In this document: positions 33,382 through 42,094 of the stretch, in pieces
Layout of the letters: the number at the start of each line of letters is the position of its first letter
Numbering within the stretch: the stretch's first letter is position 1
Assembly: GCA_016716465.1 (NCBI GenBank)
Contig: JADJWH010000006.1
Span: 118,701-182,700 of the forward strand
Length of the DNA: 64,000 nt
Direction of reading: 5' to 3'
From: Gammaproteobacteria bacterium
Lineage (GTDB): Bacteria > Pseudomonadota > Gammaproteobacteria > SZUA-140
Program-made: the position numbers and the translations under genes
Notes under the pieces: generated by a model
Databases searched by the model: none
Told to the model about the DNA's origin: nothing
What the model saw: the letters and a program-made list of their open reading frames with translations, nothing else

Positions 33382-35850
33382 TTAGCCTCGATATCGGGCG
33401 TGCCTGGCCGAGAACGAGATGAAAGATGCCAGCAAACCACCGCCCACGGCATATGCCAGATCTTTTGGGTGCAGAGGCTCTATATGTAATAGTGTCGAAA
33501 GCCCTGGCATCTGCACCAGCATCATGGATACCAGTAGCGATGCGCCGACGGTAACCTGCGCCGTCAGCCCACGCAGCCCGCTCAGAACCGCGGCAATACC
33601 AGCACTCGATACTGTTAACGTTACCAAGGCCATGGCCCGCGCATGAGCAACATCACCACCATCATCCAAGGCGAGAACATACCCTGAGATCACGACGACA
33701 AGGATCGCGGCACTCGTCATCAAGATGGAGGCCCATTGCCGTCGATCGAAGAATTTCACCCCGTTATGCGGCGGCCGGTACTCCAGCTGATCATGGCGAG
33801 ACATCCCCTGAAACACGAGCATTGCAGTGGGGTGAATGATCAACTCCAGCCATACGATGTGAATCGGCAAATACAGCAGCGGGTAGCCAGCCATGGGAAT
33901 GAGCGCGGCCGACATGACCAGCGGCAAATGAATCATCAACAGGTACTGAAAACTCTTTTGAAGATTACTGAAGAGCTGCCGGCCTTCGGCAATCGCCCGC
34001 ACAATGCTTCTAAAATTATCGTCCAGCAAGACAATCGCTGCGGCTTCGCGAGCGCTGCGCGTGCCACGCTGTCCCATCGCGATCCCTATATCGGCAGCCT
34101 GTAATGCCGGTACGTCATTAACGCCATCCCCGGTTACCGCTACAATCCCCCCCTGCTGCTGAAGCGCCTTCACCAGACGCAATTTATGCATGGGAATGGC
34201 GCGCGCCACCACATCGATATCCTGCAGGAACGCACCCCCATCTCGCTTAATCCGTATCTCCATCTCATTTCCATCTATCATTCTCGGTGCGTCGCTGGAC
34301 AGGCCAATCTCCCTGGCCACGGCAGCCGCCGTGGCAGGATGGTCTCCAGTCACCATAATCACATGGATATTGGCGCGCAGGCATGCCTGCAGGGCTTCAG
34401 GCACGCCGCCCCGAACCGGATCTTCGAAGGCGAGCAATCCCGCGAACTGGTAACCGCTGACGGGCTCACCGCCTTCCCAAATCTCCGGGTTCAGCTCACG
34501 CCAGGCACAGGCAATGACTTTGTGCCCAGCGTTCGCCAGGCCGCCCACCCGATCCATCCACGCAGACTCGGCTGACGCATCAAAGTCACAGAGCTTAAAC
34601 ACGATTTCCGGGGCGCCTTTGACAGCCGCAATCAGTACATCGTCTTCTCGAAATACGCCGACCTCGCATTTCCGGTCTTCGGTAAATGGAAAGCTTGTGA
34701 CGGGAACCAATCCTGAGAAGTCAGGTACACTTTTCAGGATGGCGACATCCATCGGATCACCCGTCTCGCGCCGAGACGCGGCCCCAGCCAGCGCAAGCAG
34801 TCGTGATTCTGAGACGGCACCTGACGTCACATGATGCATCAGCTGCAGTGATCCTTTAGTGAGGGTTCCAGTCTTGTCGGTGCAGATGCAGGTCACACGA
34901 CCAATGCTTTCCACGACTACGCTTCTACGAACCAGGGCCTGGATTTTAGCCAATCGGTAGACCCCGGCCCCAAGGAAGAACGTCAGCACGACGGGGAATT
35001 CCTCGGGGATGGCCGCAACCGCCAGCGTCAGGGCGCTCAAGAGCGCGTCAATCCACCCATACCCCTGACTGATCCTGACGCTCGCCAGGATAAGACAGAA
35101 AAGAACCGCGGCAACGATTAAAACTTTTACCAGCGACATAACGGCACGCTGCAAAGGCGTGCGCTCGTGCGCGCTGCTGGCAACCGCCTGCACAATCTCT
35201 CCGTACAGTGTATTTCTCGAAGTAAATGCGACAAGCAATCGCCCATTACCGGTGAGCATGCGCGTGCCGGCGTAGCCCCAATAACATTCATCAAATCTGG
35301 TTTCGTCCTCCGCGAGCGGCAGTGATTGCAGCGCGTGCTTGCGTACCGGGTACGCCTCGCCTGTCAATGCCGATTCATCGACCTGTGTCTGGTCTGCATG
35401 AAAAAACAGGCCATCAGCCGGTATGAGATCACCAATCTTAAGGATCACCACGTCGCCAGGCACCAGGTCAGTTGCTGTCACGGTAATTTGTGCGCCATCA
35501 CGAACCACCACGGCATCTGAGGCCAATCGACCGCTTAAGCCTTCCATCGATGCCCGGGTACGCCGGTGCAGGAAGGCATCCATACCAAACAGCGGTATCA
35601 ATGCCGCAAGCAGGATGAGGGAGTCCGTCATCTCGCCAATGGCCGCAAATAATGCACTGGTGCCGAGCAGGAACCACAACATGGGATCTTTGAAGGTTTC
35701 CGCTACGATTTTCCGCCAGCCGGCATCAACCGTCTCGATAATGACATTACGCCCATACTGTTCCTGGCGCGCCGCGACATCCTGGGTGCTCAATCCACTG
35801 GCAGGCACGCGCAACCCGCGCAGTATCTCAAGGGGAAATACATGGCTCAT
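33382..35850 (-). CDS. Cation-transporting P-type ATPase (P2-like) in an AT-richer patch
   Basis: LTGEA, AIPEEFP, DKTGTLT, KGAPE, TGD, GDGVND. Confidence 0.9.
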   Translation of the reverse strand: MSHVFPLEILRGLRVPASGLSTQDVAARQEQYGRNVIIETVDAGWRKIVAETFKDPMLWFLLGTSALFAAIGEMTDSLILLAALIPLFGMDAFLHRRTRASMEGLSGRLASDAVVVRDGAQITVTATDLVPGDVVILKIGDLIPADGLFFHADQTQVDESALTGEAYPVRKHALQSLPLAEDETRFDECYWGYAGTRMLTGNGRLLVAFTSRNTLYGEIVQAVASSAHERTPLQRAVMSLVKVLIVAAVLFCLILASVRISQGYGWIDALLSALTLAVAAIPEEFPVVLTFFLGAGVYRLAKIQALVRRSVVVESIGRVTCICTDKTGTLTKGSLQLMHHVTSGAVSESRLLALAGAASRRETGDPMDVAILKSVPDFSGLVPVTSFPFTEDRKCEVGVFREDDVLIAAVKGAPEIVFKLCDFDASAESAWMDRVGGLANAGHKVIACAWRELNPEIWEGGEPVSGYQFAGLLAFEDPVRGGVPEALQACLRANIHVIMVTGDHPATAAAVAREIGLSSDAPRMIDGNEMEIRIKRDGGAFLQDIDVVARAIPMHKLRLVKALQQQGGIVAVTGDGVNDVPALQAADIGIAMGQRGTRSAREAAAIVLLDDNFRSIVRAIAEGRQLFSNLQKSFQYLLMIHLPLVMSAALIPMAGYPLLYLPIHIVWLELIIHPTAMLVFQGMSRHDQLEYRPPHNGVKFFDRRQWASILMTSAAILVVVISGYVLALDDGGDVAHARAMALVTLTVSSAGIAAVLSGLRGLTAQVTVGASLLVSMMLVQMPGLSTLLHIEPLHPKDLAYAVGGGLLASFISFSARHARYRG

Positions 35851-36162
35851 ACGTCATGCCCTACAGGTTGCGTCCCTGGCGTTGTCAATTTCTCCAGTCT
35901 GCTCGACTGCGCCGATCTAAGGTTAACGAATCTCATGCGTCCAGCGCGCAAGGCAGGGCTGAACGAATTGTATCTCGAAGCAAGCGTTGCGGGTGTTACC
36001 TAGTTGTGGCAGCTGAGGCGAAGCACCGTCACGTATCGGGTTCCGGCGGCCAGGTCGGTCATAGGACCGACCGGTGATGATCACGTGCGAGCTCAAGTCG
36101 ATGCTAGCACAAGCGCACAGGCACATCCGCGGCGTGCCATCCATAAATCCTCCGCCGGGCGC

Positions 36163-36978
36163 CTAGGCGTGGCCGAAATAGAACATTTCATAGAGCGACA
36201 GTACAATCTCGACCACGATAAGGATGACGATATACCACTCCACGCGCAGGCTGCGGCGTGCCTGTAGGATCTCCAGCACCGTCTCGGCGGTCCGCGAGAT
36301 GAGTTCCAGCTTGCGCTCCAGCGCGCGATAGCGATCGCGCAGCTCGTACTCCGACTCGAGTCGGGCATACAGCCGTTCCAGCGCCGGATGATCCCACAGC
36401 AGCTCGGGCTTCTCGCTGATCTCGATGCGGCCGACCATCTCCTGCTGGTTGAGCAGCACCTCGCCGATATGCACGAGCAACTCGCCCGGCCGGCTCCAGC
36501 GCGTCTGCGGCCGCACCAGGCGGCGCGCGAACGGCTCGACCAGATCGAAGCTGCGCGCCGTGCGCGACTCGTAGTACTCGAGGACGACGCTCCGGGCCAG
36601 CACCTCGGCCACCAGTTGCAGATGCTGCAGACTGACCGCGGCCAGGAATACCTCGCCGCCCTGCACGATGTCCCCGCTGCCGGGATCGACCCGCAGCAGG
36701 ACCTCCTCGTGCTCCGGCTGCGGGCGCGGCTCGACCAGGTAGGGGCGCAGGTAATCCAGAAAGCCCGCCTCATCCGCGACCGGGACGTCGAAGAACACCA
36801 CCGCCCCGTAGCGGAACACCACGGCGCATCCGCGTTCGCCCACGCGCAGCGTCAGCGGGGCCAGCGCGAGCGCGGAGCGCTTCTCCAGCGCGCGCGCCTG
36901 GATGCGGGAACCGAGGAACAGCGCCCGCACCGGGATGGTCGTCGCCAGCCGCAGGGGAAATGCTTCGTCGTCGCTCAT
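36163..36978 (-). CDS. RMD1/DUF155 family protein
   Basis: FRYGAVVFF, LARSVVLEYYE, KPELLWD, LE.EYEL..R, LEWYIVILI-like tail. Confidence 0.8.
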   Translation of the reverse strand: MSDDEAFPLRLATTIPVRALFLGSRIQARALEKRSALALAPLTLRVGERGCAVVFRYGAVVFFDVPVADEAGFLDYLRPYLVEPRPQPEHEEVLLRVDPGSGDIVQGGEVFLAAVSLQHLQLVAEVLARSVVLEYYESRTARSFDLVEPFARRLVRPQTRWSRPGELLVHIGEVLLNQQEMVGRIEISEKPELLWDHPALERLYARLESEYELRDRYRALERKLELISRTAETVLEILQARRSLRVEWYIVILIVVEIVLSLYEMFYFGHA

Positions 36979-37133
36979 GGTCTGGTCTCCGGCGTCCGGG
37001 CGCGGCCAGTGCCCCGGGAGAATCGCTCCGGGGATGATACCAAAACCGGACAGCGACCCGCGCGGCCGGCGACCGCCTCGGCAGCGGGGACGAGTCTGCG
37101 GTAGAATACCGGCACGACCGAAAGGATGACCCC

Positions 37134-37979
37134 ATGAAATTCAGCGCGGCGGACTTCAGGCACTGGAAGAACAAGTCGATCACCCTGCTCGGCATGTCGG
37201 GGGTGGGCAAGACCCACCTGTCCAACCTGCTGATGAAGGATCACTGGTTCCACTACTCGGGCGACTACCGCATCGGCACCCGTTACCTCGACGAGGCCAT
37301 CATCGACAACATCAAGCTGATGGCGATGGAGGTGCCGTTCCTGCGCGACCTGCTGCGCACCGACTCGATCTACATCCGCAACAACATCTCGGTGCACAAC
37401 CTGCAGCCGGTGTCGAGCTTCCTCGGCAAGCTCGGCGACCCCGAGCTGGGCGGCCTGCCGCTGAAGGAATTCAAGCGCCGCCAGGAGCTGCACCGGCTGG
37501 CCGAGATCGCCGCCATGAAGGACGTGCCCGCCTTCATCCGCAACGCGCAGATCATCTACGGCTACGAGCACTTCCTCAACGACGCCGGCGGCAGCCTGTG
37601 CGAACTCGACAACAGCGGCGTCATCGAGGTGCTCAGCCGCCATACGCTGATCCTCTACATCAAGGCCAGTACGACCGACGAGCAGCAGCTCATCAAGCGC
37701 GCGGTCAGGGACCCCAAGCCACTCTACTACCGCGAGGACTTCCTCGACGAGCAGCTCGCCGAGTACATGCGGACAAAGGGCGTCGAATACGTGGCGGAGA
37801 TCGTGCCCGACGACTTCGTGCGCTGGGTGTTCCCGCGCCTGTTCTACGCGCGCATCCCGCGCTACGAGCGCATCGCGGCCGAATACGGCTACACCGTCAC
37901 CACCGATGAACTGGCCACCGTGCGCGACGCGGCGGGATTCCTGCGCCTGGTCGAACAGGCCGTCGAACGCGGCGGATGA
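37134..37979 (+). CDS. Uncharacterised P-loop NTPase (kinase-like), upstream of metA
   Basis: Walker A GMSGVGKT, HYSGDYRIG, NDAGGSLCE. Confidence 0.75.
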   Translation: MKFSAADFRHWKNKSITLLGMSGVGKTHLSNLLMKDHWFHYSGDYRIGTRYLDEAIIDNIKLMAMEVPFLRDLLRTDSIYIRNNISVHNLQPVSSFLGKLGDPELGGLPLKEFKRRQELHRLAEIAAMKDVPAFIRNAQIIYGYEHFLNDAGGSLCELDNSGVIEVLSRHTLILYIKASTTDEQQLIKRAVRDPKPLYYREDFLDEQLAEYMRTKGVEYVAEIVPDDFVRWVFPRLFYARIPRYERIAAEYGYTVTTDELATVRDAAGFLRLVEQAVERGG

Positions 37980-38025
37980 CGTACTTGCCATCGACACACT
38001 GAACTGACACGGAACCGTACGCCCC

Positions 38026-39102
38026 ATGCCACTGGTCGCCAAATCCAATCTGCCCACCTTCGACTACCTGCGCCGGGAAGGCGGGCGCGTGCTCACCAGC
38101 GACGAGGCGCAGCGCCAGGACATCCGCGAGCTGCACATCGGCCTGCTCAACATGATGCCGGACGCGGCGCTGCAGGCCACCGAGCGCCAGTTCTTCCGCC
38201 TCGTCGGCGAGAGCAACCAGATCGCGCAGTTCTTCATGCACCCGTTCACGCTGAAGGAGCTGAAGCGCGGCGCGCCGACGCAGGAGTACATCGACACCTA
38301 TTACGACTCCTTCGCCCAGCTCAAGCAGGACGGGCTCGACGCGCTGATCATCACCGGCGCCAACGTCACCCAGCCCGACCTCGCGGCCGAGGCGTTCTGG
38401 GAGCCGCTGATCGAGGTCATCGACTGGGCCGCCGAGCACGTCACCTCGATCCTGTGCTCCTGCCTGGCGACGCACGCCGTACTGCAGTTCCGCCACGGCC
38501 AGCACCGCCGCCGCCTGCCGGCGAAGTGCTGGGGCGTGTACCCGCACAAGGTCGTCAACGACCTCCACCCGCTGGTCGCCGACGTCAATTCCCTGTTCGA
38601 CGTGCCGCACTCACGCTTCAACGAGATCGGACGCGACCAGTTCGAGGCCGCCGGGCTGCGGGTGCTGGTCGAAAGCGATACCGCCGGCGTACACCTCGCG
38701 GTGAGCGAGGACCTGCTGCGCTTCGTCTACTTCCAGGGCCACCCGGAATACGACACCATCAGCCTGCTCAAGGAATACAAGCGCGAGGTCAAGCTCTATG
38801 CGCAGGGCCAGCGCACCGACTACCCGCCGTTCCCGCACAACTACTTCACGCTGAAGTCGGAGGCGATCCTGGAGGAATACCAGGACCGCATGGACGCCGC
38901 CCTGGCGAAGGGCGAGCCGGCGCCGCCGTTCCCGGAGGAGCACGTCACCGGGTCGCTGCACAACACCTGGCACGACACCGCCGAGGGCGTGCTCGACAAC
39001 TGGATCGGCAAGGTCTACGAGGTCACCCACCTCGACCGCAAACTGCCGTTCAAGGCCGGCATCGACCCGAATGACCCGCTGGGCCTGCGCGACAGGATCT
39101 GA
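38026..39102 (+). CDS. metA: Homoserine O-acyl(succinyl)transferase
   Basis: IGLLNMMPD, IITGA, catalytic C in CSCLA, HSR, QGHPEYD. Confidence 0.93.
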   Translation: MPLVAKSNLPTFDYLRREGGRVLTSDEAQRQDIRELHIGLLNMMPDAALQATERQFFRLVGESNQIAQFFMHPFTLKELKRGAPTQEYIDTYYDSFAQLKQDGLDALIITGANVTQPDLAAEAFWEPLIEVIDWAAEHVTSILCSCLATHAVLQFRHGQHRRRLPAKCWGVYPHKVVNDLHPLVADVNSLFDVPHSRFNEIGRDQFEAAGLRVLVESDTAGVHLAVSEDLLRFVYFQGHPEYDTISLLKEYKREVKLYAQGQRTDYPPFPHNYFTLKSEAILEEYQDRMDAALAKGEPAPPFPEEHVTGSLHNTWHDTAEGVLDNWIGKVYEVTHLDRKLPFKAGIDPNDPLGLRDRI

Positions 39103-39113
39103 ACGTCACCACT

Positions 39114-39187
39114 CCGGATTCCATTGCATTCCATCCGGGTCACGTCACGATATCCATGTAGCCCGGATAAAGCGCAGCGGCATCCGG
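39114..39187. repeat. Two GTAG-type REPs, back to back
   Basis: Degenerate minus copy at 39114-39143 and plus copy gtagcccggataaagcgcagcggcatccgg from 39158. Confidence 0.8.
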
Positions 39188-39258
39188 GAGAAGGCCTCAC
39201 CGGTACACCGCTCCGAATCCCACCGCAACCTACCTGGCCGTCTCCACCCGGCCTGACC

Positions 39259-39453
39259 TCACACCGCGCACGCCATGTCCTGGCCACAGCACATCGGCGA
39301 CTTCACCTTGCCGTGACCGTTGGGGCATTCCGAGACGTGCACCGACTTGCCGTCGGCCGTGGTGATGGTGCCGTGCCTGAGTTCCGTGCCGCATTTGCCG
39401 CATGTCATGCTGCCGATCGACATGCCGCATTTCTTGCATGTGTAGCCCGCCAT
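39259..39453 (-). CDS. Small Cys/His-rich putative metal-binding protein (64 aa)
   Basis: MAGYTCKKCG...CGKCG...CPNGH...MCCGQDMACAV; strong RBS GGGGAGG upstream. Confidence 0.75.
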   Translation of the reverse strand: MAGYTCKKCGMSIGSMTCGKCGTELRHGTITTADGKSVHVSECPNGHGKVKSPMCCGQDMACAV

Positions 39454-39589
39454 GATCGTACCTCCCCGTTCTGTGTGGAAAGCGTCGCCGCCCGCAGGAT
39501 GGAACAGGGATACTGTACTGCGTTTCCGTCCCGGACCCAACTACCCAGCGCGCGAGATAAACAGATGACCGCAGCGGCGTACCGGAAGG

Positions 39590-40132
39590 CTATATGCCCG
39601 GCGGAAGCCTGGCACGCATCGCCCTGCGGCGATCCAGCCGGCGCCCGTCGACGATGAAGGTGCCGTCGCCGACGGCATGCAGGGTGCGCTTTTCCTTACG
39701 AACACTGTCGAAATACGCGGCCACGCCTTCGAGGACGACGATATTGTGCTTCTTCACGATATCAACGACCTTGCATTCAATATTCGCGAGGCACTCACGA
39801 ATCAGCGGCGACCGGACATACTTGCCCTTCACCGGCGTCAACCCGAAACGCGCGAACTTGTCCGTGTCTGCGCCGGAACAGGTCCCCACGCCGACGACTG
39901 TATCGATCACATCCACCGTCGGGATCGCGATAACGCACTCGCGCGTCTTCCTGAGCGCGGAATAGGAATGATTCCAGGGCCCCGTGGTGATGGCGAACAG
40001 CGGCGTGAAGTCCATGACCATGGTCCAGGAGATGGTCATAAGGTTGGCCTTCTTGCCGTCGCTCGTCGTGATGAACACGACCGGGCCGGATTCCATCAGG
40101 GTGAAGGCCTTATTGAGCCGCATCCTCTTCAC
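39590..40132 (-). CDS. Flavin reductase-like family protein
   Basis: ESGPVVFITT, ANLMTISW, ECLANIEC, TLHAVGDGTF; GTG start inferred. Confidence 0.8.
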   Translation of the reverse strand: MKRMRLNKAFTLMESGPVVFITTSDGKKANLMTISWTMVMDFTPLFAITTGPWNHSYSALRKTRECVIAIPTVDVIDTVVGVGTCSGADTDKFARFGLTPVKGKYVRSPLIRECLANIECKVVDIVKKHNIVVLEGVAAYFDSVRKEKRTLHAVGDGTFIVDGRRLDRRRAMRARLPPGI

Positions 40133-40163
40133 TGCCCTACCCCTCCACCACAGCCCCATCGAT

Positions 40164-40193
40164 GTAGCCCGGATGGAGCGCAGCGAAATCCGG
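40164..40193 (+). repeat. GTAG-type REP
   Basis: gtagcccggatggagcgcagcgaaatccgg. Confidence 0.85.
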
Positions 40194-40225
40194 GAAGCTT
40201 AATATTGCATTTTTGAAACTGTGGG

Positions 40226-40256
40226 CTGTCCCCATTTTCCCCTGCATTTTCCCCTG
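40226..40256. repeat. CTGTCCCC motif followed by a 12-bp tandem duplication
   Basis: ctgtcccc then cattttcccctg x2, directly after the brnA stop. Confidence 0.6.
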
Positions 40257-40260
40257 TACA

Positions 40261-40470
40261 TCATGCCCACTTTATCTTTAAATCCCTACTCTGTTCTGCG
40301 CAATCCCGGAGATACAAATTAATCAGGCTCTGGTATGGGATGCCTTTCTGTTCAGCCAGTGCTTTGAAGTAGGCAATAGTGTCCTCATCAAGCCTGATGG
40401 TAATCTGCTTCTTCAGTTTCGAAGCATAGGGATTCTTTTTTGAATTTGAAAAATCATATTTTTCACGCAT
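40261..40470 (-). CDS. brnA: BrnA/CopG-type antitoxin
   Basis: MREKYDFS...KNPY...KKQITIRLD...YFK...IPYQSLINLYL. Confidence 0.88.
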   Translation of the reverse strand: MREKYDFSNSKKNPYASKLKKQITIRLDEDTIAYFKALAEQKGIPYQSLINLYLRDCAEQSRDLKIKWA

Positions 40471-40759
40471 GACCAATGCCCTCGTATTCACGCTGCTCAG
40501 AGCGAGTTGCCTTACGGGCCGAAATGATTCGAATGGTATCCTGATCTTCTTGATAGCAATGACATACGACAAGAAGGCGAAGCCGCGAACTCAGACCCAG
40601 CAGGATAAAGCGATCTTCCTCGTCAGAGTGGTCAGGATCTAAAATAACGCGCGCATTTTCATCAAGAAATGCAGTCTTAGCTTCTGCGAAAGAAACACCA
40701 TGTTTCTTTCGATTTGTCGTTTCCTTCCGACGATTCCATTCGAATTTCAGCCCATCCAT
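40463..40759 (-). CDS. brnT: BrnT family toxin
   Basis: FEW...N..KHGVSF.EA, DPDHS..E.RF, IRIISARKA. Confidence 0.92.
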   Translation of the reverse strand: MDGLKFEWNRRKETTNRKKHGVSFAEAKTAFLDENARVILDPDHSDEEDRFILLGLSSRLRLLVVCHCYQEDQDTIRIISARKATRSEQREYEGIGHA

Positions 40760-40763
40760 GGCA

Positions 40764-40796
40764 TTATATTGTAGTTATACTGTAGTTACAATCAAG
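40764..40796 (-). promoter_or_regulatory. brnTA promoter/operator
   Basis: Minus strand TTGATT...TATAAT just before the ATG, containing an 11-bp-period direct repeat TAACTACA (40770-40777, 40781-40788). Confidence 0.5.
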
Positions 40797-40844
40797 GGGC
40801 TGCGCTTATCAAATTCGATGCACTGGTTAGCACCATATGTCTCG

Positions 40845-40862
40845 GAATAATAGAGGACAGAC
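40845..40862 (-). repeat. GTCTGTCCTCTATTATTC end motif
   Basis: Inverted near-copy of 2319-2337. Confidence 0.6.
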
Positions 40863-40866
40863 TGAG

Positions 40867-40953
40867 CTACCCCGTATTGTACGTGCAGCGCCCGTACTCA
40901 ATCATCGAGCGATACGTTTCCTGCAAGTGCCAGTCGTTTTGGTCAGCGGACAC
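40867..40953 (-). pseudogene. Truncated start of the next gene cassette
   Basis: Directly after the attC core GTTAGAT: RBS AGGAGA, then GTG-SADQNDWHLQETYRSMIEYGRCTYNTG*, ending at the repeat motif. Confidence 0.45.
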
Positions 40954-40970
40954 GCGACATCTCCTAGCGT

Positions 40971-41027
40971 ATCTAACGCAGAGCTAAGCAGCGCGCAAAG
41001 CGCGCCCGCTTGAGCGCCTTGTTGGGC
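40971..41027 (-). mobile_element. Integron attC site (57 bp)
   Basis: Minus strand GCCCAAC-AAGGC-GCTCAAGC-GGGCGCGC-TTT-GCGCGCT-GCTTAGC-TCTGC-GTTAGAT: R'', 8-nt L'' with an extra base, 7-nt L', R'. Confidence 0.85.
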
Positions 41028-41048
41028 GCTCGCTTGAACCGAACGGAC

Positions 41049-41792
41049 TCAGTCATGGTCATTGCGATCTTCGTCCCGAGGACGTCCACGAACTATCTTT
41101 CGTCCCGTGAACATCGCCGAAATGATGCTGCCGCCTTCCTTCAGCTCGGTGATAACCACTGCGGCTATGTGCACAACGACGACGACCACGAGGACATAGA
41201 AGCTGTAGAGATGTATTGCTGCGAAGGGCTTGCGGAACGCGCGCATGCTTTCGTAGGCCGCGGCAGAATACATCTCGCGGGCATAGGGCAACAGGGAGCC
41301 CGGATCGATACCCGGCGCCGCTACCCACTGCGCGATCCAATGCCCGATCGGGGGGTAGAACAGATCAGTACCCGCGAGAACCAGGCCGGTAATACCGAGA
41401 CAGGAAATGAGGATAAACAGAGCCGCAATACCCAGCCGTCCTACCGGGTTGTGCCCTAGATACTGCTCCGGGTGACCCGCGATAAAGGCTGCGACATAGC
41501 TGCGTACCGCGTGGAAGTATCCCTCACCGCCCGGAAGGATCGAACGCCACCTAGCATAGCGGTTACCCATAAAGGCCCATGCGATGCGCCAGAGAAAGTT
41601 CAATGCGAAGACGTACCCGATCAAAACGTGAACTGTCTTGAGGGTTACTTTGCCGGCATTGGACACATCGAGATCGCCCGCGTTGAGAATCGTGAAGCCC
41701 ACAGCCCCCAGGGCGATGACGCAGACCACATTGATCCAATGGAACCAGCGGGTGCCCGCGTCCCAGACCGCATAAGATCTCAGTTCAGACAT
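41049..41792 (-). CDS. Cytochrome b/b6 domain membrane protein (Ni-hydrogenase cyt b-like), cassette-borne
   Basis: VWD..TRWFHW, HVLIGY, GHNP.G, H...F....VHI heme-ligand histidines; the stop is 21 nt from the attC. Confidence 0.85.
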   Translation of the reverse strand: MSELRSYAVWDAGTRWFHWINVVCVIALGAVGFTILNAGDLDVSNAGKVTLKTVHVLIGYVFALNFLWRIAWAFMGNRYARWRSILPGGEGYFHAVRSYVAAFIAGHPEQYLGHNPVGRLGIAALFILISCLGITGLVLAGTDLFYPPIGHWIAQWVAAPGIDPGSLLPYAREMYSAAAYESMRAFRKPFAAIHLYSFYVLVVVVVVHIAAVVITELKEGGSIISAMFTGRKIVRGRPRDEDRNDHD

Positions 41793-42094
41793 GTATTCCT
41801 CTCGCCAAGAAGATCACCCAAGTAGATCCATTAAAGCATAACGATACCGTTTCTAACGTGCCGCATGGAGCACCCAGTATTGAGTAGGTATAAAAGTTAT
41901 ACGTTATAACGTAGTAATTCTATACATAACACGCATCCGCACCGATGAATCCATTGATTCCATGCCGTATTCGAGACAGGCTCCAGGGAATACGGATAAT
42001 TTATTGGTGTCAGCCCTCATAGCTTCAATCGGGATCGCCTGCATTGTATAGATGACCGCATCGATTACCCGAAAGTCTTAGTATCTTCATATCA

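Noticed and set aside
35851-36162. Small ORFs between the P-type ATPase and RMD1
   Set aside because: No RBS or motif support in any frame; treated as intergenic or decayed DNA.
40797-40835. Second attC (minus strand GCTAAC-CAGTG-CATCGAA)
   Set aside because: It resembles a left half only; no complementary L'/R' arm is visible.
41930-42094. Integron integrase remnant upstream of the cassette
   Set aside because: The short ORFs in this stretch show no IntI or tyrosine-recombinase motifs.
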